Positions 46,004 through 58,800 of a stretch of 64,000 nucleotides of DNA are shown in pieces (positions within the stretch are counted from its first letter, which is position 1; each line of letters opens with the position of its first letter). Below the pieces are notes generated by a model that did not search any database, was not told the DNA's origin, and saw only the letters and a program-made list of their open reading frames with translations. The translations under genes were made by a program, and so were the position numbers. This stretch comes from Poseidonia sp. (GTDB taxonomy: Archaea > Thermoplasmatota > Poseidoniia > Poseidoniales > Poseidoniaceae). The stretch lies in the NCBI GenBank assembly GCA_040261535.1, contig JBDQNU010000002.1, forward strand, positions 56,661-120,660, read 5' to 3'.

Positions 46004-46354
46004 ATGGGGCGACGAAGGCGGAGGTCAAACAAAACCGACCGCCGCGGAAACGCTCTCCTTGCTCAGCAACACCTTTCCTCCATTCTGCAAAAACCAGCCA
46101 TGGTTCCTTCTGAGGTCTTGGATTCGGCTTCCGTGCACCTGATCAAAACCTCTCGGCGCCATCGTTTACCGCTCCCCGCAGAGGGCCGAAACCTCGTATG
46201 CAGAGCGTGTTGGTCGCATCTTGCGAGCCCCTCAAGATTCCGAGTTCGGATCAAGGCAGGACAGCGCGTCAAGACCTGCTTGCGATGCGGAAGCGTGCGC
46301 CGTTATGGTGGTGGCCCGAAACATCATCGCCGTTCGAGGGGGGGCACGTCATGA
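46004..46354 (+). CDS. rnp4: RNase P protein component 4 (Rpp21/Rpr2 zinc ribbon)
   Basis: VCRACWSHLASPSRFRVRIKAGQRVKTCLRCGSVRRY matches the Rpr2 CxxC...CxxC pattern. Confidence 0.75.
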   Translation: MGRRRRRSNKTDRRGNALLAQQHLSSILQKPAMVPSEVLDSASVHLIKTSRRHRLPLPAEGRNLVCRACWSHLASPSRFRVRIKAGQRVKTCLRCGSVRRYGGGPKHHRRSRGGTS

Positions 46355-46617
46355 GCGATGTTCCGAAGCATATCCTCCGAGAAGCAGCATCGCGCGACTT
46401 CAAACCCAGCGTTCGCGTGGGGAAAGCAGGGCTGAGCGAAACGGTCGTTGACGAGATCATGCAGCAATTCAATTCACGCAACCTCGTGAAGGTCAAAATC
46501 AACAAAGGTCTCTATGAGCGCCAGCAGCGAAGCGAGGTGTGGGCGTATCTCGCTTCGAACACCGGTTCAATAATGGTCTTGCAACGCGGGAACATCGGTG
46601 TTTTGTGGCGGAGGTAA
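46351..46617 (+). CDS. CRM-domain (CRS1/YhbY) RNA-binding protein
   Basis: From ATG 46351: MSDVPKHILREAASRDFKPSVRVGKAGLSETVVDEIMQQFNSRNLVKVKI. ATGA start/stop overlap with rnp4. The track ORF starts upstream at 46198 in the same frame. Confidence 0.75.
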   Translation: MSDVPKHILREAASRDFKPSVRVGKAGLSETVVDEIMQQFNSRNLVKVKINKGLYERQQRSEVWAYLASNTGSIMVLQRGNIGVLWRR

Positions 46618-46671
46618 TCCAATGCGAACCAAAGGGTCAAAGGGGGCCTTCATCCCCCGACGAAACGAGGC

Positions 46672-48399
46672 TTGCTCATGAATACGCACCTGTTTACCAA
46701 CCGAAGTCGGCAAATTGCCTTCGGCCTTTTGATGTTCATCGGCGCCATGATGTTTGCCAATCCAACACGGGCAGGCGGTGGCGGAGGGATTGACCTCGGC
46801 ATTGAAATCCGTGATGGACTCGAATCCCAAGCCGTTTACGTCGGTCTTGGGATTCTCGTTGCGGTCTACGTGCTCATCATCTTCGAAACGGTGCACCGCA
46901 CCCTCGCTGCAGCCGTTGGTGGCCTTGTTGCTTTGTTCGCCTTGAACCACTACAAAGTCGGCGATGCCTTGACGCTTGCAGAAGTTACCACGCTCATTGA
47001 CTGGGAAACCATCGGCCTGCTGTTGGGGATGATGGTGATGGTTGGTATTCTGTCCAACACGGGCGTGTTCGAGTATTTCGCCGTTCTTTCGTACAAGAAA
47101 AGCGGTGGTTCAATTTGGACGCTGGTGGTCATTCTCTGTTCGGTGACGGCTGTTTTGTCGGCCTTCCTTGACAACGTGACGACGATGCTTTTGCTCACGC
47201 CCGTCACGATTCAACTCGCAAAAGTTCTGGATATCAAACCCATTCCTCTCCTGATTTCTGAAGTGTTGTTCTCAAACATCGGCGGGGCGGCGACCATGAT
47301 CGGCGACCCCCCAAACATCATGATTGGGTCCGGTCTTTCCCCAACAAAAATCGAGGAAGCGGGTTACCCTGAATTGGCCCAATTCGGTGTGACGTTCAAC
47401 GACTTTATCTTCGAAATGGGGCCAGGGATTTTGATGTGCATCGTCCCGAGTTTCATGCTGCTCAAATGGTATTACGCCGATGAATTCTCGGGTTCACGGA
47501 TTCGTGATGTTGCTGAATTGGAGGCCAAGTACGGCATCAAAGACCCGCAAATGCTCAAAGTTGCGGGTTTTATCCTTGTTCTCGTGATTCTCAACTTCTT
47601 CCTTCACCCCATCACCCACATCGCCGTCTCCTGGATTGCTCTTGTGGGCGCCGTTGTGATGCTCCTGGCCACCGACCGGCACGAACTGGAAGAACCGCTC
47701 CATCATGTCGAATGGACCACCCTTCTCTTCTTCGCAGGTCTCTTTGTCCTGGTTCACTCCCTTCAAGAAATGGGAGTTATCAACTACATCGGCAAGTACG
47801 TCATGGCCGCCATCGAATATTTCGGCAGCGACACTGGAGACGGCCAAACCGTTCGGCTGGCAGCAGCCATTCTGATCGTGCTCTGGGTTTCAGCCGTAGC
47901 CTCTGCCTTCATCGATAACATTCCTTACACGGCAACCATGATTCCCATCGTCCTCCAAATTTCCGACGAATTGGGAGGTTACTTGCTTGATCCACTGATC
48001 TGGGCCCTTGCCTTCGGCGCTTGTTTGGGTGGGAACGGGACGCTGATCGGTGCGTCGGCCAACGTGGTCACGGCGGGAATGTCAGAGGAGGCCGGTTATC
48101 CGATTTCGTTCAATGAATTCTTCAAAGCGGGTTTCCCAGTGATGATTCTCACCACGTTCATCGTATCGCTCTACATGCTGCTGGTGTTCATCGTCGGCGG
48201 CGAGGACAACGCTGTCTTCGTGAAACTCATCCTCGTGGGGGTCACGCTTTTGAGCATCATCGGTCAATTGGCTCGTGGTCGAAGCAAAGGGAAAACGTTC
48301 GCCGAAGCCCTCGTTGATGACGAGATGCAAGGCCTTGGTGAGTTCGTCGTCGAAGCCAAGAGCAAAGCGACCAAGATGCTTCGCGGCGAAGAAGAGTGA
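46672..48399 (+). CDS. ArsB/NhaD-superfamily (citrate transporter-like) permease
   Basis: Polytopic membrane protein with LSAFLDNVTTMLLLTPVT...SNIGGAATMIGDPPNIMIG and the mirrored ASAFIDNIPYTATMIPI...GGNGTLIGASANV. Confidence 0.8.
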   Translation: MLMNTHLFTNRSRQIAFGLLMFIGAMMFANPTRAGGGGGIDLGIEIRDGLESQAVYVGLGILVAVYVLIIFETVHRTLAAAVGGLVALFALNHYKVGDALTLAEVTTLIDWETIGLLLGMMVMVGILSNTGVFEYFAVLSYKKSGGSIWTLVVILCSVTAVLSAFLDNVTTMLLLTPVTIQLAKVLDIKPIPLLISEVLFSNIGGAATMIGDPPNIMIGSGLSPTKIEEAGYPELAQFGVTFNDFIFEMGPGILMCIVPSFMLLKWYYADEFSGSRIRDVAELEAKYGIKDPQMLKVAGFILVLVILNFFLHPITHIAVSWIALVGAVVMLLATDRHELEEPLHHVEWTTLLFFAGLFVLVHSLQEMGVINYIGKYVMAAIEYFGSDTGDGQTVRLAAAILIVLWVSAVASAFIDNIPYTATMIPIVLQISDELGGYLLDPLIWALAFGACLGGNGTLIGASANVVTAGMSEEAGYPISFNEFFKAGFPVMILTTFIVSLYMLLVFIVGGEDNAVFVKLILVGVTLLSIIGQLARGRSKGKTFAEALVDDEMQGLGEFVVEAKSKATKMLRGEEE

Positions 48400-48459
48400 C
48401 CGCTCAGGCGGGCGTTGACTTCAAGTCCTGTCGGGCCAACGACGCATCGGGGCAGAACC

Positions 48460-50085
48460 ATGTTTGAGTGTCAAATCTGCGGATTGCTCTCCTTGGGCGG
48501 GACGGCGTGCCCTGCCTGCGGTAGTCAACTGCGGACCGACCTGGCCGTGGACATGGAAGGCGGTGAAAACCTCCCTTCCGAGGTGCCGGGCTTGGACGAT
48601 GCTGCGGAAGCATGGTACGATTTGGAAGGCATTGAGCCTCCAACCGAAGAGACGGGGGATGAGCCCGTTTCCGCTCAACAAGAGAGCGATTCAGGAGGGC
48701 TTCCGTTTGGCTTCCAAGGCGAGTCCAAGGTCTTCGCTCCACGGTTGCCTTTTGGCATCGGGAGTTCTGCCGAAGGTATTCCGTTCGACGCTGGCAACGG
48801 TTCTTCTCCAGTCTCCGGTGGTTCCACCGATCATGCAGTCGCCCCACCGCAAGTTTCGGACGTCCCCGCCGCCCCCGTTCCTGTCGCTTCGCTACCAGCG
48901 GAAGGAAAGCCAACAGAGCCTGTTGCTGTATCCGAACCGTTGGAGAATCAGCCTACGGAAACACCGTTCAACGAACCCGTTGCTGCGGCTGATACTCAAC
49001 CCATATCCCAACCGCCCGTGTCTGAATCTCCAGCACCTTCCTTGGACCACCCACCAACACCGGCGCCAGCCTTGGAGGCAACGCCAACGACGCCATCATC
49101 GGTCCAAAGCGAGGTGGCGCCCATCGTTCCGGCCACACCCACTCCCTCTACATCCGTCACGCCGATTGACTCAGAAGCCACCATGGTCGCCGCACCGGTC
49201 GCTACGGACTCCGGTCATTCAACCGAACCCGTTCGGCTCCAAACCGCCCGTTTGGTTCAGCCCTCACCGGTTGCTTCGCCCGTTGAAACGATGGCTGTAT
49301 CGGAAGCACCGGCTCAATCCGGGGCGGAAGATTTTCCTGACTACTGGAAAATTGACGCCGCCATTCCAAACTACGAAGAAATCTACGAACAGCAGGAAGA
49401 CGTCGTTGAGGTGGAATTCGGTTCGTACAACGAGGATGTCGTCGTCTACGACCACACAACGGATTCGCCCGCAGCCGTCTTCCACACACCTTTGGAAGCA
49501 AGTCCCGCTGCGGCTGCTGCGCCCTCCATCACGCTCGCCCTTCACCCCGTACAGGCCTTGCAGGTCGACGTGGGGGCGTCGACGGAGCTCTCTGCTGCGC
49601 TGAGTGAAGGATTTGCGAAGATGCAACAAGCATCTTGGTCCCAGGCCGCTCGCGTGTTTCAACGCATGGCAGCCAGTTTGCCCAACAACCCGGAGGTGTT
49701 CAACAACTACGGGATTTCGCTCCTCCAACGGGCCATCGGCATGCGTGATGGCGCTGACCCCCAACAGCACGGTTTGGCCGAAGCTCAGTTTGAGTCTGCG
49801 ATTCTCGCCCTCAGGGAGGCGGCGAAAGGTGCGCCGTCAAACGGGGACATTCTGGTCAATCTCGCCGTTGCCTTGGTCGAGAGCGGCCGTGCTGAGAAAG
49901 CGCTTGGCATCATGAACGTGCACAACGCCCGCTCACCAGGCTCAGCAAAGGGGTTGAACACGGCAGCGGTGGCGATGTTTAACCTCGGCCAATTGAGTCA
50001 GGCCAACGAAACGCTGCGAAAGGTCAGCGGCGATGCGGTTGCTCAGGAAAATCTTCAGAAATTGGCCCCCGCTCAACGCGCTTGA
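48460..50085 (+). CDS. Zinc-ribbon / Pro-Thr-rich linker / TPR-like protein
   Basis: MFECQICGLLSLGGTACPACGSQL at ATG 48460, a ~300 aa P/T/S/V-rich linker, and a C-terminal helical-repeat region (NPEVFNNYGISLLQRA..., GDILVNLAVALVESGRAEKAL...). Confidence 0.65.
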   Translation: MFECQICGLLSLGGTACPACGSQLRTDLAVDMEGGENLPSEVPGLDDAAEAWYDLEGIEPPTEETGDEPVSAQQESDSGGLPFGFQGESKVFAPRLPFGIGSSAEGIPFDAGNGSSPVSGGSTDHAVAPPQVSDVPAAPVPVASLPAEGKPTEPVAVSEPLENQPTETPFNEPVAAADTQPISQPPVSESPAPSLDHPPTPAPALEATPTTPSSVQSEVAPIVPATPTPSTSVTPIDSEATMVAAPVATDSGHSTEPVRLQTARLVQPSPVASPVETMAVSEAPAQSGAEDFPDYWKIDAAIPNYEEIYEQQEDVVEVEFGSYNEDVVVYDHTTDSPAAVFHTPLEASPAAAAAPSITLALHPVQALQVDVGASTELSAALSEGFAKMQQASWSQAARVFQRMAASLPNNPEVFNNYGISLLQRAIGMRDGADPQQHGLAEAQFESAILALREAAKGAPSNGDILVNLAVALVESGRAEKALGIMNVHNARSPGSAKGLNTAAVAMFNLGQLSQANETLRKVSGDAVAQENLQKLAPAQRA

Positions 50086-50156
50086 AATCGGAATCGTCTC
50101 AATTTCCCAAAAAAGGGACACTGTCCCTCAATGAAGCACCGAACGGTACCGATTTC

Positions 50157-50164
50157 TTCATATA
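50157..50164 (+). promoter_or_regulatory. Candidate TATA box of the 23S-5S rRNA promoter
   Basis: TTCATATA in the only AT-rich patch between the upstream stop (50085) and the rRNA processing stem (50269). This resembles the archaeal TATA consensus (T/C)TTATATA. Confidence 0.4.
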
Positions 50165-50268
50165 CGGGGGGAAGGTCGGGTGGTTGCTTAGCACCCTGTC
50201 ATGCCTGTCATGGTGGGGGAAGGGCTGAGGAGAACCACCCTCGAGGAGGTGGTTTTCTGTTGAGGCCG

Positions 50269-50320
50269 AATTGGCATGACTAGATACCGAAGGGTTACTC
50301 ATATGGTGTGGAAACATACA
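50269..50320 (+). other. 5' strand of the pre-23S rRNA processing helix
   Basis: AATTGGCATGACTAGATACCGAAGGGTTACTCATATGGTGTGGAAACATACA is largely complementary to 53181-53235. The reverse complement of that segment reads AATTGGCATGATCTTTTAGACGAAGGGCACTCATGGTGCGGATACATACATCACG. Confidence 0.6.
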
Positions 50321-50325
50321 CATGT

Positions 50326-53174
<2,849 letters not shown>

Positions 53175-53180
53175 TTTTTT

Positions 53181-53235
53181 CGTGATGTATGTATCCGCAC
53201 CATGAGTGCCCTTCGTCTAAAAGATCATGCCAATT
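53181..53235 (+). other. 3' strand of the pre-23S rRNA processing helix
   Basis: Complementary to 50269-50320 (see the partner feature). Unpaired stretches lie next to helix 1, where a bulge-helix-bulge site would be expected. Confidence 0.6.
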
Positions 53236-53279
53236 CATTTGCGACGCTACGTCGCATCCTATCCGATTCGAAAAGAGAT

Positions 53280-53400
53280 GGGTGCACGGTCACAGCGTAG
53301 GTGTTTACCTGGTCCCATTCCGAACCCAGAAGTCAAGCCCTACTGCGTCTCTCCCATTACTGTGGTACGAGAGTCCACGGGAAAGGAAGTCACTGTGCCC
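53280..53400 (+). rRNA. rrf: 5S ribosomal RNA
   Basis: GGGTGCACGGTCACAGCG...CCTGGTCCCATTCCGAACCCAGAAGTCAAGCCC...GTACGAGAGTCCACGGGAA...CACTGTGCCC. The conserved loop-C/helix-III block CCGAACC-AGAAGT-AAGC is present, and the terminal helix forms between the two ends. Confidence 0.85.
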
Positions 53401-53442
53401 CTCTCTTTTCACTTCGGATCCTCGACCCGAAAGGGCGCTTAA

Positions 53443-53480
53443 GGCCGGTCCTCGTCACGAGGCCGGCCTTTTTTGCGTTT
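53443..53480 (+). terminator. Hairpin plus oligo-T terminator after 5S rRNA
   Basis: GGCCGGTCCTCG-TCA-CGAGGCCGGCC (11 bp, one bulged T) followed by TTTTTTGCGTTTT. Archaeal termination uses oligo-T tracts. Confidence 0.5.
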
Positions 53481-53521
53481 TCAAAAACACTCGTGCAAAA
53501 CGAACACACAGGAGCGAACTC

Positions 53522-54184
53522 ATGCCGATTGATGCCGTTGATATCTTTGGCAGCGACCAAGTCGGGATTCATCTCGCTTCGGTTGGCGGTGTTCTCTTTC
53601 ACCCACCTGAACTTCCACCTTTGGTCGTTGAGATGCTCGCAACCAACCTCGAACTTGAGCTTCAACCAATGACGGTTGGAGGATCAAACCTTGTTGGTGC
53701 CCTTGTTTGTGGAAACTCCAGAGGCATCGCCGTTGCCGATATCGCCACCGAAGGAGACATTGATGTCCTGACCGCCTTCGGCGATGTGGTCGTGATGGAA
53801 GGCGGTGTAAACACCGCTGGAAACCTCTTGGTTGTGAACGAACAAGGGGCTGTGGCGTCCCCGAGCATTCCGCACGAAGGTCTTGAGATTCTCGCAGAGG
53901 TCCTCGGGGTTGATGTCGCCTCGACAACCGTTGCGGGCCAGGATGTCGTAGGTAGTCTCGCTGTCGCCAACGATCAGGGGGTTTTGCTTCACCCTGATGT
54001 TACGCCCGATGAAGCTATGCTCATCGAGGATGTTCTCGGCGTGAAACCCATGGTTGGAACCGTTTCGTTTGGTTCTCCTTACGTGGGAGCGGGCGTCTGC
54101 GCATCAAACACCGGCGCCATCAGCGGTTCGCAAACGACGGGTCCAGAACTCAACCGAATTGAAGACGCCCTTGGCTTCCTATGA
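53522..54184 (+). CDS. eif6: Translation initiation factor 6 (aIF6)
   Basis: MPIDAVDIFGSDQVGIHLASVGG...GGSNLVGALVCGNSRGIAV...GVNTAGNLLVVNEQGAVASP shows the pentameric aIF6 repeat pattern. AGGAG lies 8 nt upstream. The track ORF start at 53189 runs through the 5S gene. Confidence 0.9.
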   Translation: MPIDAVDIFGSDQVGIHLASVGGVLFHPPELPPLVVEMLATNLELELQPMTVGGSNLVGALVCGNSRGIAVADIATEGDIDVLTAFGDVVVMEGGVNTAGNLLVVNEQGAVASPSIPHEGLEILAEVLGVDVASTTVAGQDVVGSLAVANDQGVLLHPDVTPDEAMLIEDVLGVKPMVGTVSFGSPYVGAGVCASNTGAISGSQTTGPELNRIEDALGFL

Positions 54185-54241
54185 CCAAGCCCATCAGCGG
54201 GCGCTGAAAGGTTCAAAGGCCGATTTTTTGAGTCATATGCC

Positions 54242-55147
54242 ATGGGAGAAATGCTCTACGAAGGCAAAGTCAAGCAAGTTTGGTCGACCGACGACCCCGA
54301 TGTCCTCGAATTCCGATTTACGAATCAAATTTCGGTGTTTGACCAAATCATTCCCTCGCTCATTCCTCGAAAGGGTGAATCCTTGAACCGAACAACCGCT
54401 CATTGGTTCAAACTCGTCGAGGATGCCGGCATCTGCAAAACCCACCTCATCGAAGTCAACGGTGCTGACCGGTGTCTCGTTCGCAAAGTGACCATCATCA
54501 AAGAACCCGGAGCGATTCCACGAGATATGGAATGGGTGTTCGTCCCCCTTGAAGTCATTGTCCGTCACTACCTGTCGGGCTCGGCATGGCGACGCTTTCA
54601 ACGAGGGGAACTCTCTGCAGAAGCGTTGGGTGTGTCACCCGATTGCGAGTACGGTGTGAAACTCGAGAAACCCTTCGTTGAAGTGACAACGAAGTTTGAG
54701 CAATTCGATCGGAACATCGACCGAGCAGAGGGGCTTGCTATTTCGAACATCACGGATGAAGAGTACGACGCCATCGTTGCTGCTGCACTCGCCGTTGACG
54801 AAATCATCGAAAAAGAAGCGGCCAAAAACGGCCTCATTCACGTTGATGGAAAGAAAGAATTCGCCCTTGGTGACAACCGGGAAATCGTTCTTGTCGATAC
54901 GTTTGGTACGCTTGACGAAGACCGCTGGTGGGATGCTGAAGCATATGCCAACGGCGAATGCATCGAACTCTCCAAAGAATTTGTTCGCTCACACTACATC
55001 GATATCGGTCACCAAACCGCTTTGAAAGCGGCTCGTGATGCGGGTACGGATGAACCTCCCATTCCTGCGTTGCCTCAATCGGTCATTGACGACACCGCTG
55101 CTCTCTACGCATCGATGTACGAGCGGTTGACCTCGCAATCCTTCTGA
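54242..55147 (+). CDS. purC: SAICAR synthetase
   Basis: LYEGKVKQVWSTDDPDVLEFRFTNQISVFD matches the PurC N-terminal signature. Confidence 0.9.
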   Translation: MGEMLYEGKVKQVWSTDDPDVLEFRFTNQISVFDQIIPSLIPRKGESLNRTTAHWFKLVEDAGICKTHLIEVNGADRCLVRKVTIIKEPGAIPRDMEWVFVPLEVIVRHYLSGSAWRRFQRGELSAEALGVSPDCEYGVKLEKPFVEVTTKFEQFDRNIDRAEGLAISNITDEEYDAIVAAALAVDEIIEKEAAKNGLIHVDGKKEFALGDNREIVLVDTFGTLDEDRWWDAEAYANGECIELSKEFVRSHYIDIGHQTALKAARDAGTDEPPIPALPQSVIDDTAALYASMYERLTSQSF

Positions 55148-55834
55148 TCATCGGTGAGAACGCAGAGCGAGGCCGACACGGCGACGCTCGGCGGCTTTGA
55201 GCAATGCGGAGAGATGTTTCGCAACATCCGCAACCCCTCCGTCAAGCGGTTCATCGTAGGACGCCGTCCATGCTCTGCTGGCGAAATCTTTTCGCAATTG
55301 ATGAACGCCGTCGGCGGATAAATATCCATGAATGCGCATGCCACCAAACCCGTTCTCAAAGCGGTCATGCCCTCTGTGAGCGTCACGGCAGCCATGAGAA
55401 AGTTGTTCCAATCCGTTGATCATTCGGTCGTAGAGGGCTTCGCCGTCGTTTTCGGTGATGCTCCGGTTTGGACGGATCTGCTCGAGCAGGTAAGCCAACG
55501 CTGAACCGTCCCCGTGGGGAAACCTCCCGAATCGTTCCCGAGTGAGGGTCTCTCCAAGCGGGAGCGGTCGACCGTCGTTGGTTAACTCAACACAGGAGGT
55601 GAAGAGAAGCGTAGCGGCGTCCCACTGGATGGTCTGGAAGGAATCGGGGGTTTCCACGCCCTGTTGTTTGAGGCGGGTTTCCAACGACGCATCCTCTTGA
55701 ACAAGCCTCTGCCAGAGTTGCTCATCGGCTTGCATGGCGGCTTCAATCGCCTGCATGACCTCCGAGGCAAGGTCCCCGTTGAACGCATCGAGCGTGTAAA
55801 ACGGAGACGTTGTGGAGAGGGTTTTCTCGTCCAT
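55148..55834 (-). CDS. Hypothetical cytoplasmic protein
   Basis: 228-aa ORF with normal composition and no motif recognised. It abuts the purC stop on the opposite strand. Confidence 0.5.
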   Translation of the reverse strand: MDEKTLSTTSPFYTLDAFNGDLASEVMQAIEAAMQADEQLWQRLVQEDASLETRLKQQGVETPDSFQTIQWDAATLLFTSCVELTNDGRPLPLGETLTRERFGRFPHGDGSALAYLLEQIRPNRSITENDGEALYDRMINGLEQLSHGCRDAHRGHDRFENGFGGMRIHGYLSADGVHQLRKDFASRAWTASYDEPLDGGVADVAKHLSALLKAAERRRVGLALRSHR

Positions 55835-55881
55835 GGTTTGGGGTCGGTTGCCGCTCGGTTAAGACCTTGCTTTCTCGAACT

Positions 55882-58800
55882 TCAGCGGTCACCAAAGAAA
55901 TCCCTCATCCGGTCTTCAATTGGACCTTCAGGTTGTTCATCACCTTGCTCCCCCATTTCCTCTCGGAGGGAGGCGAGTCGACCACTGGCGGTTGCCGGAG
56001 CATCGGGTTGCGTTTCTTCAATAACCTCGACCATCGGAAGGGCGTTCAGTTGGACTTCTTCGGTGCCGGGAGGTGTTTCTTCTACGGGCTCCTCCACTTG
56101 GAATTGAATATCGTCGCTCTCTGGTTCAGTTTCAGGGTTTGAAGGATCAACGTCCTTCTCCGTTTCTTCTTCGGCCTTCCCGCTTTCTTTCTGAGCGGGT
56201 TTGGGCCGACGATCTGGGGTCTTGCGGAGTTGGTTCCTTGGGGCCGGTTGACGAATCAATCCTCCAAACCAAGCGGCTGAAAACAAGACAGCAGCAATAC
56301 CAAGGACCCAACCAACCTCGTTGGAGGTTACGCTCAACAACCCCTCTGACTTGTAGAACGCACTCTTGGTGTCGTCGTCGGGGTCGTCATCGATGTCGAA
56401 GGGAACGCTGCATGAAACCGTGGCGGTGACCCTCTCATCTTTTTCGATGGAGTTCGGGTTCTCGATTGAAATGACCGGAGCAAACTCGGCGTAGGCAATG
56501 TCCACGACGTACGTTGTGCTCCAGCCGCCGGATGCTTCCACATAGAGCTCGCAGACGGCTTGTTCCAAAACGCTGTAACCGGTTCGCTGGATACCGACCG
56601 TGATGTCACCGTCTGCCGTCAATGAATTGATGCCAATGTTCCAATTTGCTGCCCGAGAGGTGACGTCGGTGTCGAGATTTACCAATTCTCGGCCGTATTG
56701 GTCATGCCCGGTCAGGACGATGCCGAACATGCCCGGTTCGGGCGTCCAATCAAGCACCGTGAGGTTGACGGTTTCTCGACCACCGGTGTTCACCGTCCAG
56801 ATTTCGGTTTGAAGGGGGACCCGTTCGCCCCTTGATGTGATCACCGTAAGAGCTGCTCGCAGGACTTCTGCATCGTCAGCAGCAAGATCGCATTGTGCAA
56901 CGGTCCCGCTGATTGGAACTTGTCCAAGATTGTCGAAGACGCCGGGGAGAAAGGCGCATGTTATGGTTGATTCAGGATAGGTGCGTGCAACCGCATAGAG
57001 CGAGAGGTTGGTTGAAGTGGACTCGCTGGAAAAGACGACTTCGTATTCGCCAGTGGTTGAGGGTTGGTTGAAGTTGACCGCATTTCCCTCCACCTGCAAG
57101 GTCAAACCGGAATTCACCGATGGAGAATCGCCGTCACCCAGATGGAATTCAACGGACTGATGGGTGCCGACATAGGCATCTCGAACCGGAGTTTGCGCCC
57201 ATGAGATTGATCCGTAGGCGACCTCAATGTTGTGGGCAACGGTTCCCAAAATGGGGTGATGCACGTTGAGCGTGACCAAAAACCGTTGACCGTTCCACCC
57301 AGTGGCCGGTATCAATTGAAGCGGGAGTCCGCTGATGTCGCCTGGAGCAAGAATCATTTGCGTTCCTTGTTGGGTTGACCAACCCTCGGGGAGGCCGTCG
57401 ACATCAACGCTGATCATGGCGATGTCGTTGCCGAGGTTGTGTATCCAAGCAGTCGGGTAGCCTCCTTGCTCGTTGACGGTCCATGCACTGCGATGGTCCA
57501 CGATGATGTTGGGTTGAGCCCCTACACGGACCGGTACCTCTTCCTCGATTGAACCGGAGGTGTCGTTTCCAGTGACGCGAATACGGAGAACACCAATTTC
57601 CCCCGCGACGGCGTTTGCGGGTGGTTCGACGAAGACGGTGAACATGACCGTGGAATACGGCGCAACACCCTCAATGGCATCGGGCAACGTGATGTTCCAT
57701 CCAGCTCCCGCCTTTGCAAAGAACGCCGTTTCGTAGGCGTTGCCGGTGTGGACGAGTTGGAGGGTGAGGTTTTCCCCGGTCGGTTCAATCTCAAGGTCGG
57801 CTCCTGTGAGGTTCAACCGCCAGCTCGAGACGGGGAGGACCTCAATGATGAGTGTCGTTTCACCCACGACATAGCCGCTGGTCATGTGCAACAAGGTCAC
57901 CTCTGCTTGCGACCCAGCCCATGCATTGGTCGGCACATCGAGGAGAAACCAAACCACCTGTGATGCGTTAACGGCTAAGGAGGTTGAGGCAACCGACTGG
58001 GAAGGCCATTGAGCGGTATCGTTGCCGAACGCTTGAACCTCGATCTGGGGGACGAGGGTGACGTCATCGATTGCATTTCCGAGGTTTTTGACCTCCAACG
58101 AAAGGTTGAGCACCTCGCCAGGGACCGTTTGATGGTTCGTTCCGTTGAGGGACGTGACTTCCCATTCGTGACTTGGTGCGGCCTGCAGGTTGACGGAAAC
58201 GGCGTCGAAGACCGCCCCGTTCCCCCCCTGAGAGGTCCAAGTAAACGTGATTTCGAAAGGAACCTGTGCAGGGACGTCCTCCGAGAGGACAATATCGACG
58301 GTTCCAATACCGGTGGAAAGCGGCCCGAGCGTCTTGACGGGATCGTAAAACGTGAATCCAACTTCTCCCGAAAAGTCGGTTTCGGATGAACTCACGGTCG
58401 CATCGAGTACAAACACGACCTGTCCGTTCCCGGGGTTGCTCAAGAACAACAAAAATCGGTGCGATTCCGTGACGTTGAGCGAAACGATATCCTCCGGGTT
58501 TTCGATCGCCGGTTCGATCAACGAAAGGTTGGCCCGATAAATTTGGAGAATATGCAATGATCCGTTAAAGACGGCTTCGGCGTCGGCCAAATCCACTCCA
58601 TGGAAGGCGTGACGCTTTGGTATTGCGTTCACCGGGAGCACCAATTCAAGTTCCCCGGTAACCGATTGCCCGGGACTCCCCTGCGCTTCGAGGTAGGTAC
58701 CGTTCGTTGACCAGTCACCGCTGGTCGACCACGTCCACCCGGTCTCCAAGAGTCCCATTTCTGCCATGTTCCACTGCACGATGCCGTTTGTGGGCAGGGT

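Noticed and set aside
45025-46032. 335-aa minus-strand ORF
   Set aside because: Antisense to adk (P-loop GPPGAGKGT) and to the subtilase tail.
48464-49603. 379-aa same-strand alternate-frame ORF
   Set aside because: Arg/His/Ser/Pro junk (RRRHHRSKARWRPSFRPHP...). The competing frame spans the whole locus and carries the zinc ribbon and helical repeats.
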